Below the pieces are notes generated by a model. It worked only from the letters and a program-made list of their open reading frames with translations. It did not search any database and was not told the DNA's origin. From Alphaproteobacteria bacterium (GTDB taxonomy: Bacteria > Pseudomonadota > Alphaproteobacteria > MPNO01): 64,000 bases of DNA. This document shows positions 46,569 through 57,180 of the stretch, one piece after another. Position numbers and translations under genes: made by a program. Each line of letters starts with the position of its first letter. Positions within the stretch are counted from its first letter, which is position 1. The stretch spans positions 1,440,001 to 1,504,000 of the forward strand of contig CBDFLJ010000001.1 of NCBI GenBank assembly GCA_965248835.1. The letters are read 5' to 3'.

Positions 46569-47948
46569 TCAGGAGATCGCGTGGTTGATCAGCGACAACG
46601 CCGCGGTCGCCACCACCCCGAACACCAGGGCAAAGCCGACATTGGGGCCCCAGGCCAGACGCTCCAGCCGCACTTCGAAGAGGCTGGCGGCCGTGATCGT
46701 GGAGACCGCCGACAACCCGACCATCGAGGAAAACGCCCAGGCGATCAACGCCGCTTCCATCAACACCAGGTCGGCGACGCCCGAGGGGATCTCAACCAGC
46801 AGCACCAGCAGGACGGTGATGGTGACGATTTGGTGGACGCCGATCAGCGCGAACAGCGTCGGCACGCCGATGACCGCGGCGATCACCACCAAGGGCGGCG
46901 GCATGTTGGCGCTCAGCCAGTCCGCGGCGTCGATATCGCCAAGGGCGCCGACGAGCACCCGGCCGAGCACGAACGCACAGGTGACGAGGAGGAGCTCGCC
47001 TTGGACCGTCGGGGTCCGGGCGATCACCGTCCGCACCATGTCGATGAGCGCCGGGCGTCCGACCGGGGCAAGCGCCAGCAGGCAAAGAACCGGGATGCCG
47101 GTCACCAGCGCCTCCAGCGAGCGCAGCGCGGTGAAGCTCGCCAGCATCACCACCGCGACTGCCGCGATCAGGACCGACGGCACCACCGGCAGCAGCGCCA
47201 CCAAGCCGCCCCACCGCGTCCGCCCCGCCATCGCCTGGCCGATCAGGAGACCGGGGACGGAGAGCGCCATGCCGAGACACATGATCGACCAGAGCGGCAC
47301 ATCGGGCAGATGCTGATATGCCACCACCATCGCGACCCAGAACGGCGACCACAGCCCGGCCAGGCCCATGCCGCGCTGGGACATGATCGCGCCGGAAAAC
47401 CGCGTCGCTTCCGGCGCCTTTGCGCCGTAGATCGGCGACATCACCGCATGGGCGCCCACCACCAGGACCGAGCCGATTACATAGGCGCCGTAGAGCGTCG
47501 CGCCGGCCCGCTGGTCGGCCGGCAACCCGGCAAACAGCGTTCGCGCGCGCGCGGTCTCGGGCCGCCGCTCGGCCGTTGCGCGCAGGACGATCAGGGTGCC
47601 GAAGAAGGCAACGAAGACGCTCGCCGATTCGAGCCCGGCGACCAGCGCCTGCCAGTCTTCCCGGACGGCGGCGATCGCGAGCGCCGTCAAGCCCAGCCCG
47701 CCGACCAGCGGGACCGTCCGGCGGCGCAGGCTGCCCAGCCCGACCACGAACAGGGCGGCCATCGTCAGCGCCGGGAGCGGATCCAACCCGATCCCGGGGA
47801 TCAGGATCCCGACCAGCGCCACGAGCCAGACGGCGATGAACAGCGCCTCGATGATCGGGGTCGTGCCCCGCCGCCAGAGTCTTGCCAAAATCGCCGCGTT
47901 CCGATGACCGGTCTTGCGCGCACCATGCCGCCGCCCGATCTGCAGCAT
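46569..47948 (-). CDS. Polytopic membrane protein, probable secondary transporter (IT/DcuC-like)
   Basis: About 12 hydrophobic segments; RG.GLA..WSPF motif; start uncertain. Confidence 0.7.
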   Translation of the reverse strand: MLQIGRRHGARKTGHRNAAILARLWRRGTTPIIEALFIAVWLVALVGILIPGIGLDPLPALTMAALFVVGLGSLRRRTVPLVGGLGLTALAIAAVREDWQALVAGLESASVFVAFFGTLIVLRATAERRPETARARTLFAGLPADQRAGATLYGAYVIGSVLVVGAHAVMSPIYGAKAPEATRFSGAIMSQRGMGLAGLWSPFWVAMVVAYQHLPDVPLWSIMCLGMALSVPGLLIGQAMAGRTRWGGLVALLPVVPSVLIAAVAVVMLASFTALRSLEALVTGIPVLCLLALAPVGRPALIDMVRTVIARTPTVQGELLLVTCAFVLGRVLVGALGDIDAADWLSANMPPPLVVIAAVIGVPTLFALIGVHQIVTITVLLVLLVEIPSGVADLVLMEAALIAWAFSSMVGLSAVSTITAASLFEVRLERLAWGPNVGFALVFGVVATAALSLINHAIS

Positions 47949-48071
47949 TATATCGCCCGACCCGCAAGACGGGTTGGCGGTATACTGCCGTGCGGGGCCG
48001 CGCCGTGGCAATTTCATAACCGGTGTTTGACGAGTTTCGGCGTGCCCCGGGTGCGGTAAAGGGCTGTCAGC

Positions 48072-51000
48072 ATGCGGGACGAACGCCAAGTCCAGGCCGA
48101 GCGCATCGAATCGCTCGCCGAGAAGGTCCGCCGGCGGGAAGGCGTCGAGGCCGCACGGTTCCTCAAGCGGTTTTACGAGCAGGTCGCGCCAAGGGACCTG
48201 TTGCCGCGCGCAGAGCCGGCCCTGGTCGGCGGCGCGCTGTCGGCCTGGCAGTTGCTGCGCTCGCGCACCCACGGAACGGCCCGCATCAGGGTGTTCAACC
48301 CCGACGAGAAGGCCGACGGCTGGACCTCGCCCCATACCGTCGTGGAGATTGTCAACGACGACATGCCCTTCCTGGTCGATTCGGTCTCAGCCGAGATCAA
48401 TCGGCAGGACCTGTCGATCCACCAGGTCATCCATCCGGTTGTCCATGTCCAGCGCGACCGCGCGGGACGACTCAGATCGCTGGTCGATCCCCCGGCGGGC
48501 GGCAACGGCACGATCGCCGAATCGGTGATGCATTTGGAGGTCACCGAGTTGCGGCGACCGGGAACGCTGGAGTGGCTCCAGGAGCGCCTGGAACGAGTCC
48601 TCGAGGACGTGCGCGCAGCGGTCGAGGACTGGAGCGCGATGCGGCTTCGGACCGCGGATCTCGCCGCCTCGTTCGACGACAACCCGCCGCCGGTCCTGGA
48701 CGCCGACCTGGCGGAGGCCAAGACGTTCCTGCGCTGGCTGAAGGAGGGCAACTACACCTTCATCGGCTATCGCGAATACGGTTTGGCAAGCGACCGGGGC
48801 GGCACGACGCTGCGGCTCGCGCCGGAGTCCGGACTCGGCGTGCTGCGCGATCCGAAACGCAGCGTGCTGACCGGGCTCGCCGACGGCGCGGTCGTGCCGG
48901 CCCACGTCGCGGCCTACATGCTGGCGCCCTCGGTGGTGATGGTCTCCAAGGCCAACGGGCGCTCGCAGGTGCACCGGGCGGTGCATCTGGACACGATCAT
49001 GGTCAAGAAGTTCGCCGCCGGGGGCGCGGTCACGGGCCTGCGGGTCTTCGTCGGGCTGTTCACGTCCTCGGTTTACCACCAGGCGCTCGCGGACATCCCG
49101 CTGCTGTCGCGCAAGGTCGACAGCGTGATCGGGCGCGCCGGGTTACAGCCGACCAGCCATGACGGGATGACGCTGCTCAACATCCTGGAATCGCTGCCGC
49201 GCGACGACCTGTTCCAATATTCCGAGGACGACCTGCTGGCGACGGTTCAGGGCGTCCTCGACCTCCAGGGACGCCAGCGGGTTGCGCTGTTCGTCCGCCG
49301 CGACCCGTTCGGACGGTTCGTGTCCTGTCTGATCTATATGCCGCGCGAGCGCTACACCACGCAGATGCGCGAGCGCATGCAGCGGATCGTCGAGGAGGGT
49401 TTCGGCGGACGCGTGACGATCTTCTACGTCCAGGTCTCCGATGCGCCCCACGCCCGGCTGCAGTTCATCGTTCGGATCGAGCGCGCCGGCGACCCGGAGC
49501 CCGATCTCGGAGAGATCGAACGCCGACTGGTCGAAACCGGACGCGACTGGCGGGACGAGCTCAGCCATGCCCTTGTCGCCGCCCATGGCGAGGCCGACGG
49601 ACTGGAAGTCTTCGATCTCTACGCCGATGCCTTCCCGGCGAGCTACCAGGAACGAAACGGCTCCGAGGCTGCGCTGCGCGACATCGCCAAGATCGAGGCG
49701 GTGCTGGAGACCGGCGAGATCGCCGCCGATCTCTACCGCCCGGAAGAGGAATCCGCCAACCGGATCCGGTTCAAGGTCTATCACCCCGACGACCAGCTAC
49801 CGCTGTCCGATGTCTTGCCGATCCTGGAGAACATGGGTGTCCGGGTGATCAACGAGATCCCGCACGGGATCCTCAGGGAAGCTGCGGAGCGGGAGGTCTG
49901 GCTCCACGATTTCGGGCTGGAGACCAGGTCCGGCCGCGAAATCGACCTGGATCGGGTCAAGGCGAATTTCGAGGCCTTGTTCACCGAAATCTGCCGCGGC
50001 GCGATGGAGGATGACGGGTTCAACGCGCTGGTCGCCGCGACCGGTCTGGATGGACGGCGGGTCTCGGTCCTGCGCGCCTACTGCAAGTATCTGCGCCAGG
50101 CGGCGATCCCGTTCAGCCAAGCCTATATGGAAGCGACGCTGCTGGCCAATCCGCAGATCACGCAATCGATCATCGCCCTGTTCGAGGCAATCTTCGATCC
50201 GAATACAGAAGATCGGCGCGAGCGCCGGACCAGATCATTGCTCGGCAAGATCGAGACTGCGCTCGATGCGGTGGAGAACCTCGACCAGGACCGCATCCTG
50301 CGGCGGTATCTCAACGTCGTGCTGGCGACGCTCAGGACCAACTACTATCAGACCGAGGCGAGCGGCGCGCCGAAGTCCTGCATTTCGTTCAAGATCGATT
50401 CCCATGCCATCGACGACCTGCCTGCGCCGGCGCCGCTGGTGGAGATCTTCGTCTATTCGCCGCGCCTCGAGGCGATCCATCTGCGCGGCGGCAAGGTGGC
50501 GCGCGGCGGCATCCGGTGGTCGGACCGGCGGGAGGATTTCCGCACCGAGATCCTGAGTCTGATGAAAGCCCAGATGACCAAGAACAGCGTCATCGTGCCG
50601 GTCGGCGCCAAGGGCGGCTTCGTGGTCAAGCAGCCGCCGGCCGAAGGCGGGTACGATGCACTCCAGGCCGAGGGCATCGCCTGCTACCGGACGATGATGT
50701 CGGGCTTGCTGGACCTGACCGACAACCTCAAGCCCGGCGGGCTGGTCCATCCCGAGCGCGTGGTCCGCCGCGACGGGGACGACCCGTATCTCGTGGTCGC
50801 GGCCGACAAGGGAACGGCGACCTTCTCGGACATCGCCAATGCGCTGGCGCGCGCATACGACTTCTGGTTGGACGATGCCTTCGCCTCAGGCGGGTCGGCC
50901 GGATACGACCACAAGAAGATGGGGATCACCGCGCGCGGGGCGTGGGAGTCGGTCAAGCGCCATTTCCGCGAGATCGGCATCGACACCCAGGCGCAGGACT

Positions 51001-52901
51001 TCACCTGCGTCGGGATCGGCGGCATGACCGGCGACGTGTTCGGCAACGCGATGCTGCTGTCGCCCCACATCAAGCTCATCGGCGCGTTCAACCACACGCA
51101 CATCTTCATCGACCCGGACCCGGACCCCGCAGCGGGCCTGCGGGAGCGCAAGCGGCTGTTCGCGCTGCCGCACCCGTCCTGGACGGACTACGAGGCGGGG
51201 CTGATCTCCAATGGCGGCGGCGTCTTCGAGCGCCGCGCGAAATCGATCAGCCTCACCGCGGAGATGCGGGCTTGCCTCGGCCTGCCCGCCGGCGATGAGA
51301 TGACCCCCAGCGGCTTGATCCGCGCGATGCTCAAGGCGCCGGTGGACCTGCTGTGGTTCGGCGGCATCGGCACCTACGTCAAGGCACGCGGGGAGGCCCA
51401 TGCCGAGGTTGGAGACCGGGCCAACGACGCGCTCAGGGTCGATGCCCACGAACTGCGCTGCCGCGTCATCGGCGAGGGGGCCAATCTGGGTTGCACGCAG
51501 CGCGGCCGGATCGCTTACGGCCTTGCGGGAGGCCGGATCAACACCGACTTCATCGACAACTCCGCCGGCGTGGCGCTGTCGGACCACGAGGTCAACATCA
51601 AGATTCTGCTGGACGAGGTGATGGCGGCCGACGCGCTCTCGCTCGCGGGGCGCGACAGGCTGTTGGGCGCGATGACCGACGAGGTCGCCCGGCATGTCCT
51701 GACCGACAACTACCGCCAGTCCATGGTGATCACCCATGCCGAAGCCCAGGGAAGCGCCCTGATCGGCGGCGCGGCGCGGCTCATCCGTGCCCTCGAGCGC
51801 GCCGGCCGCCTCGACCGTGCGGTCGAGTACTTGCCCGACGACGAGACGCTGGCCGAACGGCAGGCCGCCGGGCTCGGCCTCACCCGGCCGGAAATCGCCG
51901 TCCTGCTGGCCTATGCCAAGATGGAGCTCTACGACGAGATCCTGGTCAGCGACGTGCCCGACGATCCGTTCCTGGTCCAGGACGTCGGGCTGTACTTCCC
52001 GGAGCCGTTGCGCTCGAAATTCGCCGCGTTCGTGCCCAGCCACAGGCTGAGACGCGAGATCAGCGCAACCTATGTCACCAACAGCTTCATCAACCGGGTC
52101 GGTCCCACCTTTGTCGGCGCGGTGAGCGAGAAGACCGGTGCCTCGGCGATCGAGATCACCAAGGCCTATCTCATCACTCGCCAGGTCTTCGGCCTGCCTG
52201 CCTATTGGGCTGAAATCGAAGCGCTGGACACCAAGGTCGCCGCCGAGGTGCAGACCGCCCTCAACCGCGACATCCACCGACTGATCGGGCGGGTCACGAT
52301 CTGGATGCTGCGCGACGGACCCCGCCCGCTGGACGTGACCCGTGCGATCGGCCAGTACGAGGCCGGCATCGCCGGGCTGGCGGAGAACCTGGACCGGCTG
52401 ATCCCCGCCGACCTGTGCGGGAGCGTTGCGGCAGAAGCGCAGCGCTACGTCGCGCAGAACGTCCCGCCTGCGCTTGCCCGCCGGGTCGCGAACCTCGAGG
52501 TGCTGTTCTCCGGTTGCGACATCGTGCGCGTTGCCGCCGACAGCGGGCACGCGATCGCCGATGTCGCGGAGGTCTATTACCAGATCGGCGACCGGTTGAG
52601 CCTGGATTGGCTGCGCCAGGCCGCAATCGCCCTGCCGGCCGAGACCGACTGGCATTCGATGGCTGCCGCGGCGATCGTCGAGGACCTCTACGCCCAGCAG
52701 AGCGCGCTGACGGTGCGCATCATGGATGGCTTCGGCGGCGGTTCCGGCGGCGACACCGCGATCGAGGCGTGGTGGGTGGACAACCGGCCGCGGATCGCCC
52801 GGGCCGAGGACGTGGTGGCCGACCTGCGCGCGGCCGGTGCGGCCGATCTCGCCATGCTTACGGTGGCAAGCCGCGAGGTCCGCGCGGTGCTCGGCCGCTA
52901 G
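48072..52901 (+). CDS. gdhB: Large NAD-specific glutamate dehydrogenase
   Basis: DDMPFLVDS, HLRGG.VARGG.RWSDR.EDFRTE, VIVP.GAKGGF, YLVVAADKGTATFSD, DAFASGGS.GYDHK, NTDFIDNS.GV..SDHEVN. Confidence 0.96.
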   Translation: MRDERQVQAERIESLAEKVRRREGVEAARFLKRFYEQVAPRDLLPRAEPALVGGALSAWQLLRSRTHGTARIRVFNPDEKADGWTSPHTVVEIVNDDMPFLVDSVSAEINRQDLSIHQVIHPVVHVQRDRAGRLRSLVDPPAGGNGTIAESVMHLEVTELRRPGTLEWLQERLERVLEDVRAAVEDWSAMRLRTADLAASFDDNPPPVLDADLAEAKTFLRWLKEGNYTFIGYREYGLASDRGGTTLRLAPESGLGVLRDPKRSVLTGLADGAVVPAHVAAYMLAPSVVMVSKANGRSQVHRAVHLDTIMVKKFAAGGAVTGLRVFVGLFTSSVYHQALADIPLLSRKVDSVIGRAGLQPTSHDGMTLLNILESLPRDDLFQYSEDDLLATVQGVLDLQGRQRVALFVRRDPFGRFVSCLIYMPRERYTTQMRERMQRIVEEGFGGRVTIFYVQVSDAPHARLQFIVRIERAGDPEPDLGEIERRLVETGRDWRDELSHALVAAHGEADGLEVFDLYADAFPASYQERNGSEAALRDIAKIEAVLETGEIAADLYRPEEESANRIRFKVYHPDDQLPLSDVLPILENMGVRVINEIPHGILREAAEREVWLHDFGLETRSGREIDLDRVKANFEALFTEICRGAMEDDGFNALVAATGLDGRRVSVLRAYCKYLRQAAIPFSQAYMEATLLANPQITQSIIALFEAIFDPNTEDRRERRTRSLLGKIETALDAVENLDQDRILRRYLNVVLATLRTNYYQTEASGAPKSCISFKIDSHAIDDLPAPAPLVEIFVYSPRLEAIHLRGGKVARGGIRWSDRREDFRTEILSLMKAQMTKNSVIVPVGAKGGFVVKQPPAEGGYDALQAEGIACYRTMMSGLLDLTDNLKPGGLVHPERVVRRDGDDPYLVVAADKGTATFSDIANALARAYDFWLDDAFASGGSAGYDHKKMGITARGAWESVKRHFREIGIDTQAQDFTCVGIGGMTGDVFGNAMLLSPHIKLIGAFNHTHIFIDPDPDPAAGLRERKRLFALPHPSWTDYEAGLISNGGGVFERRAKSISLTAEMRACLGLPAGDEMTPSGLIRAMLKAPVDLLWFGGIGTYVKARGEAHAEVGDRANDALRVDAHELRCRVIGEGANLGCTQRGRIAYGLAGGRINTDFIDNSAGVALSDHEVNIKILLDEVMAADALSLAGRDRLLGAMTDEVARHVLTDNYRQSMVITHAEAQGSALIGGAARLIRALERAGRLDRAVEYLPDDETLAERQAAGLGLTRPEIAVLLAYAKMELYDEILVSDVPDDPFLVQDVGLYFPEPLRSKFAAFVPSHRLRREISATYVTNSFINRVGPTFVGAVSEKTGASAIEITKAYLITRQVFGLPAYWAEIEALDTKVAAEVQTALNRDIHRLIGRVTIWMLRDGPRPLDVTRAIGQYEAGIAGLAENLDRLIPADLCGSVAAEAQRYVAQNVPPALARRVANLEVLFSGCDIVRVAADSGHAIADVAEVYYQIGDRLSLDWLRQAAIALPAETDWHSMAAAAIVEDLYAQQSALTVRIMDGFGGGSGGDTAIEAWWVDNRPRIARAEDVVADLRAAGAADLAMLTVASREVRAVLGR

Positions 52902-52913
52902 CGCAGGGTTCGT

Positions 52914-53819
52914 TCAACAGGCGTCGGACGGGACCGGCTTGGGCCGGCAACGCGCCAGCGCCGCCAGCCCCTCGCGGTAGCTCGGATAGCGCAGCACGAT
53001 GCCGAGCTCCTGTTTGATCCGACGATTGCGCACCCGGCGGTTCTCGGAATAGAAGCGCCGCGCCGCCGGTGACAGGCGCGCGGTCTCGAACGGCTCGGCC
53101 GGCGGCGGCTCGATCCCGAGCAGGCCGGCCGCATGCGCGATCACATCGGACTGGGCCGCTGGCCGGTCGTCGCAGACATTGTAGATCGCACCGGCGCGCG
53201 GGCGCTCCATCGAGGCCAGCAGGACGCCGACGATGTCGGCGACATGGATCCGTGAGAAGATCTGGCCCGGTTTCACGATGCGCCGCGCGGTCCCGGCGCG
53301 GAGCTGGACCAGCGGGTTGCGGTCCGGCCCGTAGATCCCGACCAGGCGGAAGATATGGACGGGAATGCCGTTCATCGCGCCCAGCCTCAGCCACGCGGCC
53401 TCGGCGGACAGTCTGCGCGCGGCAGTCTGGTTGCCGGGATTCGGCACCGTGGTCTCGTCCACCCAGCCGCCGTCGCGGTTGCCGTAGACACCGGTGCTCG
53501 ACAAGTAGCCGATCCACCGAAGCGCGGGGCAGGCGGCGATATCCCGGCCATGGTGGGCGAGCGCGGGATCCCCGTCCTCGCCCGGCGGGATCGACGCCAC
53601 GATATGGGTGGTGTCCGAAAGCGCGGCGACGACATCGGCGATCGGCGTCTTACCGTCAAAGGCATGCGCGGCGATTCCCCGTGCCGCCAGACCCCTGAGG
53701 GACCGCTCGGTCCGGCCGGTGCCGGCGACCGCGATCCCGCGCGCGCCGGCGGCCGCCGCCAGACGTGCTGCGACATATCCTAGGCCGAAGCAGAAAATCG
53801 ATTCGCTCACGCCGGTCAC
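52914..53819 (-). CDS. Extended SDR / NAD-dependent epimerase-dehydratase family protein
   Basis: FGLGYVA, YLSSTGVYG...G.WVDE, RL.GIYGP.R, FSRIHV.DI, YP.YREGL. Confidence 0.88.
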   Translation of the reverse strand: MTGVSESIFCFGLGYVAARLAAAAGARGIAVAGTGRTERSLRGLAARGIAAHAFDGKTPIADVVAALSDTTHIVASIPPGEDGDPALAHHGRDIAACPALRWIGYLSSTGVYGNRDGGWVDETTVPNPGNQTAARRLSAEAAWLRLGAMNGIPVHIFRLVGIYGPDRNPLVQLRAGTARRIVKPGQIFSRIHVADIVGVLLASMERPRAGAIYNVCDDRPAAQSDVIAHAAGLLGIEPPPAEPFETARLSPAARRFYSENRRVRNRRIKQELGIVLRYPSYREGLAALARCRPKPVPSDAC

Positions 53820-53947
53820 GAAAGCTCCCCATTCACGCCGAAACAGGTGGTGCAGGCAGATTGCTGGAATAGTATCCGGGATTGTCCCGACCCGTGCACC
53901 GGAGATGCGATTTGGCGCGGCGCAAGCCTGTGCTCGGCAAGCAGCCG

Positions 53948-54769
53948 ATGCGGATCCGTCCGATCCTTGCGGCCGCCACGGTGGGTGGCGCGATCACGGC
54001 GCTGTTGATGCCGTTGATGATGCCGAGCCACGCCGTGGCGGCAGAGAAGCAAGCCGAACGTTACGCCAAATGCATGTCGCTCGCCCGCACCGAGCCGGAG
54101 CGGGCGCAGAAGAAGGCGCACGAATGGGTGCGGCAGGACGGCGGCGATGCGGCCGAGCATTGCCTGGCGGTGGCCCTGCTCGGCCTCGGCCAGTACGAGC
54201 TTTCCGCCCGGAACCTCGAAGCCCTTTCCGAGCGGACGCGCAAGACCCGGCCGTCGCTGTCGATCGAGCTGCTGGGCCAGGCGGCCAATGCCTGGCTGAT
54301 CGCCGGCAAGCCGCAAGCCGCCTACGCTGCGCAGACCCGCGCGCTGAAGGAGCGCCCCGGCGACGTCGAGATCCTGATCGACCGCTCGATCGCCCTGGCC
54401 TCGAGCGCCAGGTACTGGGAGGCGCTCGACGACCTCAATGCCGCGCTCGATCTGGCGCCGCGCCGGGTCGATGCGCTGATCTTCCGCGCCGCGGCTTATC
54501 GCCGGCTGGATACGCTGGAGCTTGCCGAGGAAGACGTTGAGCGCGCGCTGGGCCTGGCCCCGGACAACGTCGACGGCCTGCTCGAACGCGGCAACATCCG
54601 CCGGCTCAAGGGCGATGTGGGCGGTGCCCGGTCCGACTGGATGGCGATCCTGCACATCGCGCCGGACTCGCCGGCGGCCGAATTCGCCCGTCTCAACATG
54701 GAAAAGATCGCGGTAAGGCGGGCGCCGGAACCCCCGAAGCCGAAACCGCCCGGCAAGACCAGCCGCTAG
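53948..54769 (+). CDS. Exported tetratricopeptide repeat protein
   Basis: Signal peptide; repeated A..DL..AL.LAP TPR units. Confidence 0.85.
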   Translation: MRIRPILAAATVGGAITALLMPLMMPSHAVAAEKQAERYAKCMSLARTEPERAQKKAHEWVRQDGGDAAEHCLAVALLGLGQYELSARNLEALSERTRKTRPSLSIELLGQAANAWLIAGKPQAAYAAQTRALKERPGDVEILIDRSIALASSARYWEALDDLNAALDLAPRRVDALIFRAAAYRRLDTLELAEEDVERALGLAPDNVDGLLERGNIRRLKGDVGGARSDWMAILHIAPDSPAAEFARLNMEKIAVRRAPEPPKPKPPGKTSR

Positions 54770-54802
54770 TCACCCGAATCCAAAGTTGGTGGCATAAGTT
54801 TT

Positions 54803-55232
54803 CCTGCTTATCCTCAAGAGTCATCCCGCGATGAGGAGTCGATAGAGCATGGGTTTGGTGCGTGCGGTGCTATGGACCGAGCGCGGGATCATGCTCTGGA
54901 GTTGCAAGCGCCGGTTGTAGCGCCGCCCGATCTCGCGCTTGCGGAAACCCCTGACTGGAGCCAGCTTCACCTCGCGCGGGCGTCTCTCGGGACTGGTCGA
55001 GACCGCCGCCACGATCAGGTGGATGGCTGCGAACCGGAGTGTCAGCGCCAGCTTGGTCGCGTGGAAGATCGTGCCCGCCGTGCGCGATGTCTGCTTCTTG
55101 CAGCGGTTGCATTGATAGAGGCCCCGGCCCGTCGGCACGCAATACCCCCTTGAACCCCATATCCGTGACCTCCTCATACGAAACATATGGAGCACACACA
55201 TTTCCTCAGGCCGAGCGTCACGGATAAGCAGG
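54803..55232 (-). mobile_element. Internally deleted IS1595-family (ISXO2-like) element, 430 bp, non-autonomous
   Basis: Terminal inverted repeats CCTGCTTATCC / GGATAAGCAGG (14-bp match 54800-54813 vs 55222-55235); transposase fragments inside; lower GC than the flanks. Confidence 0.8.
54821..55201 (-). pseudogene. IS1595 transposase remnant
   Basis: LYQC..CKKQTS.TAGTIFH.TKL (Zn-ribbon end), VAAVST...RP..VKL..V.GF, R.NRR..L..MIPR C-terminus; DDE core missing. Confidence 0.75.
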
Positions 55233-55317
55233 AAATTGAATAAGAATTTCGGAATACTTAACGCTTTCGGTTACTGGAATTGTCAAACAATTCAGTCGGG
55301 GTAGGGGGCGATAGGGT

Positions 55318-57180
55318 TCAGGTCCGGCTTGGTGACTCGACGGCCTGGCGGATGAGGTCGTCCGGGATGTCGTCGAAGGAGGCGTAGTTGAAGGCGTAGA
55401 GCCGCGCGTAGAGGCCCTTGGCTGCGATCAGGCTGTCGTGGGTGCCGGTCTCCACGATCCGGCCCTCATTGAGGACGATTATGCGGTCCACGCCGCGGAC
55501 GGTGGCCAGCCGGTGGGCGATGACGATGCCGGTGCGCCCCTCGAGCAGCCGGGCAAGCGCGATCTGGATCTCGCGCTCGGTATAGCTGTCGATGTTGGCG
55601 GTCGCCTCGTCGAGCACCAGGATCGGTGCATCCGCGACCAGGGCGCGCGCGAAGCTCAGCAGCTGGCGCTGGCCGAGCGAGAGGTTGCGGCCCTGCTGAT
55701 CGAGCACGGTCTCGTAGCCGTCGGCGAGTTTCGTGATGAAGTCGTGCGCGCCGACGATTTCGGCCGCGTGCACGATATCGGCGCGGCCTGCGCACTCGGT
55801 GCGGAAGCGGATATTGTCGAGCACGGTGCCGGTGAACAGGTAGGGGTCCTGGAGCACCATCGCGATGTGCCGGCCGAGCGCCGCCTTGGAATAGTCGCGC
55901 ACGTCGCGGCCGTCGATGGTGATGGCGCCGTCCCAGACCTCGTAGAACCGGTGGAGCAGCGAGGTGATCGAGGTCTTGCCCGAGCCCGTCGGCCCGACCA
56001 GGGCGACGGTCTCGCCCGGCGCGATCGCGAAGCTGACGTCCTTGAGCACCGGCTGATCCTCGGCGTAGCCGAAGCTCACGTCCTGGAAGGCGATCGCGCC
56101 CCGGATGGTCTCTGGGTCGGCCGCGTCCGGCTTGTCGGTGATGGCCAGCGGCACGTCGAGCACCTCGAAGATGCGCTGGCCCGAGGCCATCGCCCGCTGC
56201 ATCACCGAGTACTGGATGGTCAGCGAGCGGATCGGGTCGAAGAACCGCTGGACGTAGAACAGGAAGGCCACCATGACGCCGATCTCGAGCGCGCCGTCGA
56301 GCACCAGCCCGCCGCCGATCACGACGACGATCGCAAGCGCCGCCCCGGTCAGCGTGTCGACGATCGGAACCATCACCTGGGCGTATCGGGCCGAGCGCAG
56401 GTGAGCGCCGAGATTGGTGCCGGCGAGCTCGTCATAGAGTGCCGCATTGACCGCCTCGCGCCGCATTCCCTGGATTGTGCGGACGGCGTGGATCGCCTCG
56501 GCGAGAGCGCCGTTGGTCACGGAGTTGGTCTCACGCGCCCGGCGGAAGGCGTGGCGCGCACGCGGCAGCCAGACCGCGCGCACGATGGCCAGGGTCGGGA
56601 CCAGCGAGAGCGCCAGCAGGCCGAGCTCGAAGTCCAGGTTCAGCATGATCACCACGATCCCGACCAGCAGGATCATGTCGCCGAAGGCCGTCACCGAGTT
56701 CTCCAGGAACTCCTGCAGCGCGTTCACATCGCCTTGCAGCCGCGACATCATGCGGCCGACCTCGGTCTTGTCCATGAAGCCCATGGCGACGTCCTGCAGG
56801 TGGGCGAACATCGCCCGCCGCAGATCGAAGATCACCCGTTCGCCGATCAGCCCGACCACCCGGTCCTGAAGGTAGTTGGCGCCATAGCTCGCGCTGATGA
56901 CCATGGCGAAGGCGATGACGGCCGCGATCAGATCGGCCCGGTCGCCGGCGAGGATGGCGCCGTCGATCGCATGGCCGATGACCAGGGGGATCGCAAGCTG
57001 GGCGGCGGTGTAGACCAGGACCGCCGCGATCGCGAAGACGAGCCCGCCGCGGTAGGGCCGGACATAGCCCATGAAGCGGCGGACGACCTTGCGGTCGTAG
57101 AGCGCGCCGAAGATCTCTTCGTCGCGGCTGATCTGCGAGCCGACGACGGCGCGGGGCGGACGGCCGGCGAGCGAGGTCAT
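55318..57180 (-). CDS. Heterodimeric ABC exporter subunit (consensus Walker B, degenerate signature)
   Basis: TM domain; GPTGSGKT, LSLGQRQ, LVLDEATANID, IAHRL; ATG 57180 overlaps the upstream stop. Confidence 0.93.
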   Translation of the reverse strand: MTSLAGRPPRAVVGSQISRDEEIFGALYDRKVVRRFMGYVRPYRGGLVFAIAAVLVYTAAQLAIPLVIGHAIDGAILAGDRADLIAAVIAFAMVISASYGANYLQDRVVGLIGERVIFDLRRAMFAHLQDVAMGFMDKTEVGRMMSRLQGDVNALQEFLENSVTAFGDMILLVGIVVIMLNLDFELGLLALSLVPTLAIVRAVWLPRARHAFRRARETNSVTNGALAEAIHAVRTIQGMRREAVNAALYDELAGTNLGAHLRSARYAQVMVPIVDTLTGAALAIVVVIGGGLVLDGALEIGVMVAFLFYVQRFFDPIRSLTIQYSVMQRAMASGQRIFEVLDVPLAITDKPDAADPETIRGAIAFQDVSFGYAEDQPVLKDVSFAIAPGETVALVGPTGSGKTSITSLLHRFYEVWDGAITIDGRDVRDYSKAALGRHIAMVLQDPYLFTGTVLDNIRFRTECAGRADIVHAAEIVGAHDFITKLADGYETVLDQQGRNLSLGQRQLLSFARALVADAPILVLDEATANIDSYTEREIQIALARLLEGRTGIVIAHRLATVRGVDRIIVLNEGRIVETGTHDSLIAAKGLYARLYAFNYASFDDIPDDLIRQAVESPSRT

